57,197 nt of DNA, taken from positions 1 to 57,197 of IMG/VR virus record IMGVR_UViG_3300025759_000110. One strand, given 5' to 3'. This document shows positions 54,129 through 57,197 of the stretch, piece by piece; position 1 is the first letter of the stretch; every line of letters begins with the position of its first letter. Both the position numbers and the translations under genes were made by a program. The notes below the pieces were generated by a model. That model was not told where the DNA came from and made no database searches. It was given only the letters and a program-made list of their open reading frames with translations. The DNA is from a virus (Duplodnaviria; Caudoviricetes).

Positions 54129-54797
54129 CTACCCCGTCCTATAATATTCGTATTTCGGAACAACGTTGAACGACGACCGATCACGGTCTTCCGTTGCAGC
54201 GCGTTCGAACTCTTCTTCGTATACAGCTTTGAGCATTTGCACACGATTAGGTGCCCGCTTCAAAGCAATGTAGTAAGCCAAGCCTGCCGCCAGACAGGGA
54301 TAGAACCGAAACGGCATATCCATCGTGTCTGTGTAAACATCCGCGTCATCCATGCGGGTCAACGCGTCGTAAATCACAACATCGGTGGTGTTTTCAGGCG
54401 TAGGCCATATTTTTAGGTTTGGAGTGAGCTGACGATCCAAGAAAAACTGGTTTGGTCGGCCCTGCGTGGTTTTTGTAGGAATTGTAAGGTATTCGTCCCG
54501 GCTCAAACGCTCTAACGAATAGTCTGTACCGTCACGACGCACAATAACCGACAGAACGTCGATTACGTCTGTACCCAGATCGTATTCGCCGTCACCAATC
54601 GCTAGTGTGACTGTGCGTTGTTTGATTGTCCATTGGTTCAAGCCACGGTTAGCCCAATCTGCAAGCAACAGATTAAGCGAACGCTTTGCCGTCTTTAGGT
54701 CGTAACCAGTACGAACCTCAAGACCACAACGCTCGAACGCTTCTTCGACGTACTCAGCGACGTCTAGCTCAAAATCTGTGCTTCCTGATGTAGCCAT
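54129..54797 (-). CDS. Head-tail adaptor-like structural protein
   Basis: EEAFERCG...RSLNLLLADWANRG...GRPNQ...WPTP...GLAYY. Confidence 0.75.
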   Translation of the reverse strand: MATSGSTDFELDVAEYVEEAFERCGLEVRTGYDLKTAKRSLNLLLADWANRGLNQWTIKQRTVTLAIGDGEYDLGTDVIDVLSVIVRRDGTDYSLERLSRDEYLTIPTKTTQGRPNQFFLDRQLTPNLKIWPTPENTTDVVIYDALTRMDDADVYTDTMDMPFRFYPCLAAGLAYYIALKRAPNRVQMLKAVYEEEFERAATEDRDRSSFNVVPKYEYYRTG

Positions 54798-54798
54798 C

Positions 54799-54921
54799 TT
54801 ACTTCTTCACCATGCCGCCTTTGCGCATCTTTTTAACCATGCCACCACCGCGCATTTTCTTTACCATACCGCCGCCACGCATCTTTTTGACAGGCGCTTT
54901 CTTACGTGGTTTCATTGCCAT
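54799..54921 (-). CDS. 40-aa basic peptide with three KKMR(G/K)GGMV repeats (not in ORF track)
   Basis: MAMKPRKKAPV-KKMRGGGMV-KKMRGGGMV-KKMRKGGMV-KK; AGGAG RBS; codons differ between repeats. Confidence 0.75.
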   Translation of the reverse strand: MAMKPRKKAPVKKMRGGGMVKKMRGGGMVKKMRKGGMVKK

Positions 54922-55495
54922 CTTTCAATCTCCTATATAGGCGTTCCCGCTTTTCATAGATTTCACGGGCGTTATACTGGCTATTATACGTGTCATAATA
55001 GCCTTTTTTATCCAGCTTGTCTGCCGCTTCTTGCAATTTCGACAAACGCTGCACAAAAATCATGGCATATTCAGCATCCACATGAGGCTCGAAGTCAATA
55101 TCCTCTACAAACTCGCTTTCCTCGTCATGCGGGTGAAAACCCATAACCCAGATGTCTTTGTCAATAAACATACCGTCTGCAATGACGTCATTCATCTCGT
55201 CTAGGTAGGTGTGAAATACTTCAGGGTCTTCGTAGAATTTAAAATCGACGATAATGGCTAAATCAAAGTTATCGTCAAACATAGAGACAGTGTTGTACAA
55301 ACACTGCTTGTTGCTTTCATACTTAAACATGACTGCAACACGATCATCAGCCCAAGCCTGTTGCGCATAAGGACACGGCGGCAAATTATTAAAGTGCGGG
55401 CTGGCTTTAGACAAAACTTCTGACGACCAGTCGATCAATTCCCGATGGACTGCTTTTTCTACTTCGAGGGAGGGCGTCAAAAAAGCTAAGTTCAT
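54902..55495 (-). CDS. Conserved hypothetical protein (PPCPYA motif)
   Basis: Start MNLAFL; LPPCPYA...MGFHP...VQRLSKL...GYY. Confidence 0.7.
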   Translation of the reverse strand: MNLAFLTPSLEVEKAVHRELIDWSSEVLSKASPHFNNLPPCPYAQQAWADDRVAVMFKYESNKQCLYNTVSMFDDNFDLAIIVDFKFYEDPEVFHTYLDEMNDVIADGMFIDKDIWVMGFHPHDEESEFVEDIDFEPHVDAEYAMIFVQRLSKLQEAADKLDKKGYYDTYNSQYNAREIYEKRERLYRRLKDGNETT

Positions 55496-55875
55496 GCCTG
55501 CGTTACCGAACCTTTCGTTCTCTTGCGCCGACCGTTCATCACGGCCCCGCAACCCCTAGCAACCGCAGTACCCGCCTGCGATTTACCACGAAAAGGACGT
55601 TTAGGCTTCGTTTCAGTAACCGCGCCACCCAGCGCCATACCTTTTACTTTTGCCTTTTTAGTATTCGATACAACCTGCTTGCCTTTAGAGCCTTCTCGCT
55701 TCTTTTTACGAGCCGTAGAAGCCCGCTCAGACTGCGTAAGACTTTCAGCTTTGCTGCGAGGTAGGCAGCGGTCAGGGTTCTTTTTATTCTTAGAAGTACC
55801 GCATTTACCTTTGATTTTACCATCAGTTCCAATTCTTACCCAGTCTTGGTCCCGCCATTTCTTCAGCTCACCCAC
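55492..55875 (-). CDS. Basic hypothetical protein
   Basis: GTG start; LKKWRDQDWV...CLP...MALGGAV...ARGCGAV. Confidence 0.7.
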   Translation of the reverse strand: MGELKKWRDQDWVRIGTDGKIKGKCGTSKNKKNPDRCLPRSKAESLTQSERASTARKKKREGSKGKQVVSNTKKAKVKGMALGGAVTETKPKRPFRGKSQAGTAVARGCGAVMNGRRKRTKGSVTQA

Positions 55876-56056
55876 TTTTCTTCCCCTTCGCTTTTTTGGC
55901 GTAATTGGGGTCTTTACAATACTTCGACGCAGCCATGTTTGCATAAGCCGAAGGGTAAGTGTCGAATGTGCGCTCCGCCCAAGCCTTGCCTGCGGGACAT
56001 ATTTTGCTGCCCTTACTTTTAGACGAGGACTTCTTGGACTTGCGCGAATAGGCCAT
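55868..56056 (-). CDS. Basic hypothetical protein
   Basis: MAYSRK...FDTYPSAYANMAASKYC. Confidence 0.7.
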   Translation of the reverse strand: MAYSRKSKKSSSKSKGSKICPAGKAWAERTFDTYPSAYANMAASKYCKDPNYAKKAKGKKSG

Positions 56057-56214
56057 CAGAAAAACCTTTCTGCCAAAGCGGAAGCTATGATTAAAGCGGC
56101 AATTCCCCAAAGACGGATATCCAGCTTGTCTAGCTGCGCATCAATCTTTGCGTAACGACGGTTGCACTCTTCTTCGTGCTTTTCGAGGAGTTTTAATACT
56201 TCTTCTACCTTCAT
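56056..56214 (-). CDS. Small coiled-coil + TM protein (XhlA/holin-like)
   Basis: 52 aa LEKHEEECNRRY...LWGIAALIIASALA. Confidence 0.65.
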   Translation of the reverse strand: MKVEEVLKLLEKHEEECNRRYAKIDAQLDKLDIRLWGIAALIIASALAERFF

Positions 56215-56215
56215 C

Positions 56216-56500
56216 TTACCACGCCTTACAGGACCAGTATCTTGCACTAAATTTGTCTTTAGCCGTGTCGCAATTGTGTCTTGCACGGAAGCTTTTACGG
56301 CGACTTGGTTGATCTTTTTTAATCGACATCTTGCTATCTCCAAAGCGAACAAGTTTGACTTGATCGCCTTTTTTAGCGAGAACTGCACTTTTCTTAGCTT
56401 TTCCGGGAGTGCGTTTGGGTTTATTATATCCGGCAAAGGTTTCACCTCTATAACTTAGTCTTCCAGAAGGCAGTCTCTTAACATCTTTTGTGGAAGCCAT
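56216..56500 (-). CDS. Basic conserved phage protein
   Basis: GYNKPKRTP...KLVRFGD...RRKSFRARHNC...ARYWSCKAW. Confidence 0.8.
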   Translation of the reverse strand: MASTKDVKRLPSGRLSYRGETFAGYNKPKRTPGKAKKSAVLAKKGDQVKLVRFGDSKMSIKKDQPSRRKSFRARHNCDTAKDKFSARYWSCKAW

Positions 56501-57197
56501 TACAACTCATCCCCATTTTTAATGTAGATGATCTCAAAAGCCGCAGATATGTCAAAGGTAACACTTGCTGAAGACGACACCGCCCGTACTTCTATGTCCG
56601 TTTTTTCAGTAAATTTTACCGGAACAACCAAGGTGTTTTCGATGTGCATCCCCGTGGTAAGAGACTTTACATCTTTACTTTGAAACACCTCTCCATACGG
56701 TCTAGCTACCAATGTCATTTTACACACGGCAGGTGTATTAGATGTCGTACCGTTAGAAACATCGTATTGCATCAGATAAGCCGTATAGCCTGCGGGTACA
56801 GTCCACAACGCCATTAAAGTCTGGTTTGTACCGTCACCGTTAATCGTAGCGTAAATATTTGCAGGAACACCTGCGGTAACAGTGCCCGTTCCTGCATATA
56901 TTATACCAGCGTTAGAACCGCCAGAACCTGCGGATCGCACAATCATCCGATTTATACGAAGATAAGACTGTGTGCTATTTACCGCCGTTTGTCCGTTTAA
57001 GGTAACTACCTCATTGATTTCATTGTAGTCACCATCCAAGCCAAACAATTCAACAGTTCTGGCCCCTGTACCTGCCGATGTATCATTGGCAGAACTACTT
57101 GAAACCTTTAAAACAGAGGCCGCAGATAAGTATGAGTATAAACCGCCTTGTTGCCATATAGTTTCTGTTACATTTGCAACTGCCGCATTGTTACCAA
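56500..57197 (-). CDS. 3' part of the junction-spanning virion-associated protein (start at 258)
   Basis: Frame is open to the contig end and joins 1..258 via the terminal overlap. Confidence 0.8.
   Translation of the reverse strand, partial: GNNAAVANVTETIWQQGGLYSYLSAASVLKVSSSSANDTSAGTGARTVELFGLDGDYNEINEVVTLNGQTAVNSTQSYLRINRMIVRSAGSGGSNAGIIYAGTGTVTAGVPANIYATINGDGTNQTLMALWTVPAGYTAYLMQYDVSNGTTSNTPAVCKMTLVARPYGEVFQSKDVKSLTTGMHIENTLVVPVKFTEKTDIEVRAVSSSASVTFDISAAFEIIYIKNGDEL
57043..57197. repeat. Terminal direct repeat, copy 2
   Basis: Matches 1-155 with one mismatch. Confidence 0.95.

Overview
This window is an apparently complete, circularly assembled ~57.04 kb dsDNA tailed-phage genome; bases 1-155 are repeated at 57043-57197 with one synonymous mismatch. 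It has a podovirus-like organisation: terminase, portal, GroES-like chaperonin, scaffold, major capsid protein (MCP), tail adaptor/nozzle, a beta-helix tail fibre with an S74 chaperone, and four large ejection proteins, one with a lytic transglycosylase. The lysis genes are a GH19 endolysin and a holin. The replication block comprises an SNF2-type helicase, SSB-like protein, primase, UvrD-like helicase and a family A polymerase with Leu at position 762. Gene content resembles marine HTVC023P/CRP-901-like phages, probably with an alphaproteobacterial host; this is from recall, not a search. I saw no integrase, RNA polymerase, ParA/ParB, tRNA or CRISPR array. The most unusual signals are mostly outside the ORF track. 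(1) A ~80-nt promoter- and terminator-bounded RNA at 20602-20682 (-) is complementary to a CUACGGAG ribosome-binding box and a GGG(C/U)AA hairpin loop shared by the leaders of a modular early-gene cassette array, suggesting a phage-internal trans-acting sRNA regulon. (2) A membrane-anchored AlpA-type HTH protein carries a synonymous-diverged copy of the capsid N-terminal peptide ELEPGLNALFG. (3) There is a perfect chromosomal parS site without a phage ParB. (4) Ten co-oriented GCGGTGGT (Caulobacter Chi-like) octamers are concentrated in the tail-fibre repeats. (5) TCGCATA operator boxes with 10-bp phasing overlap many promoters. All calls come from reading the sequence by eye.
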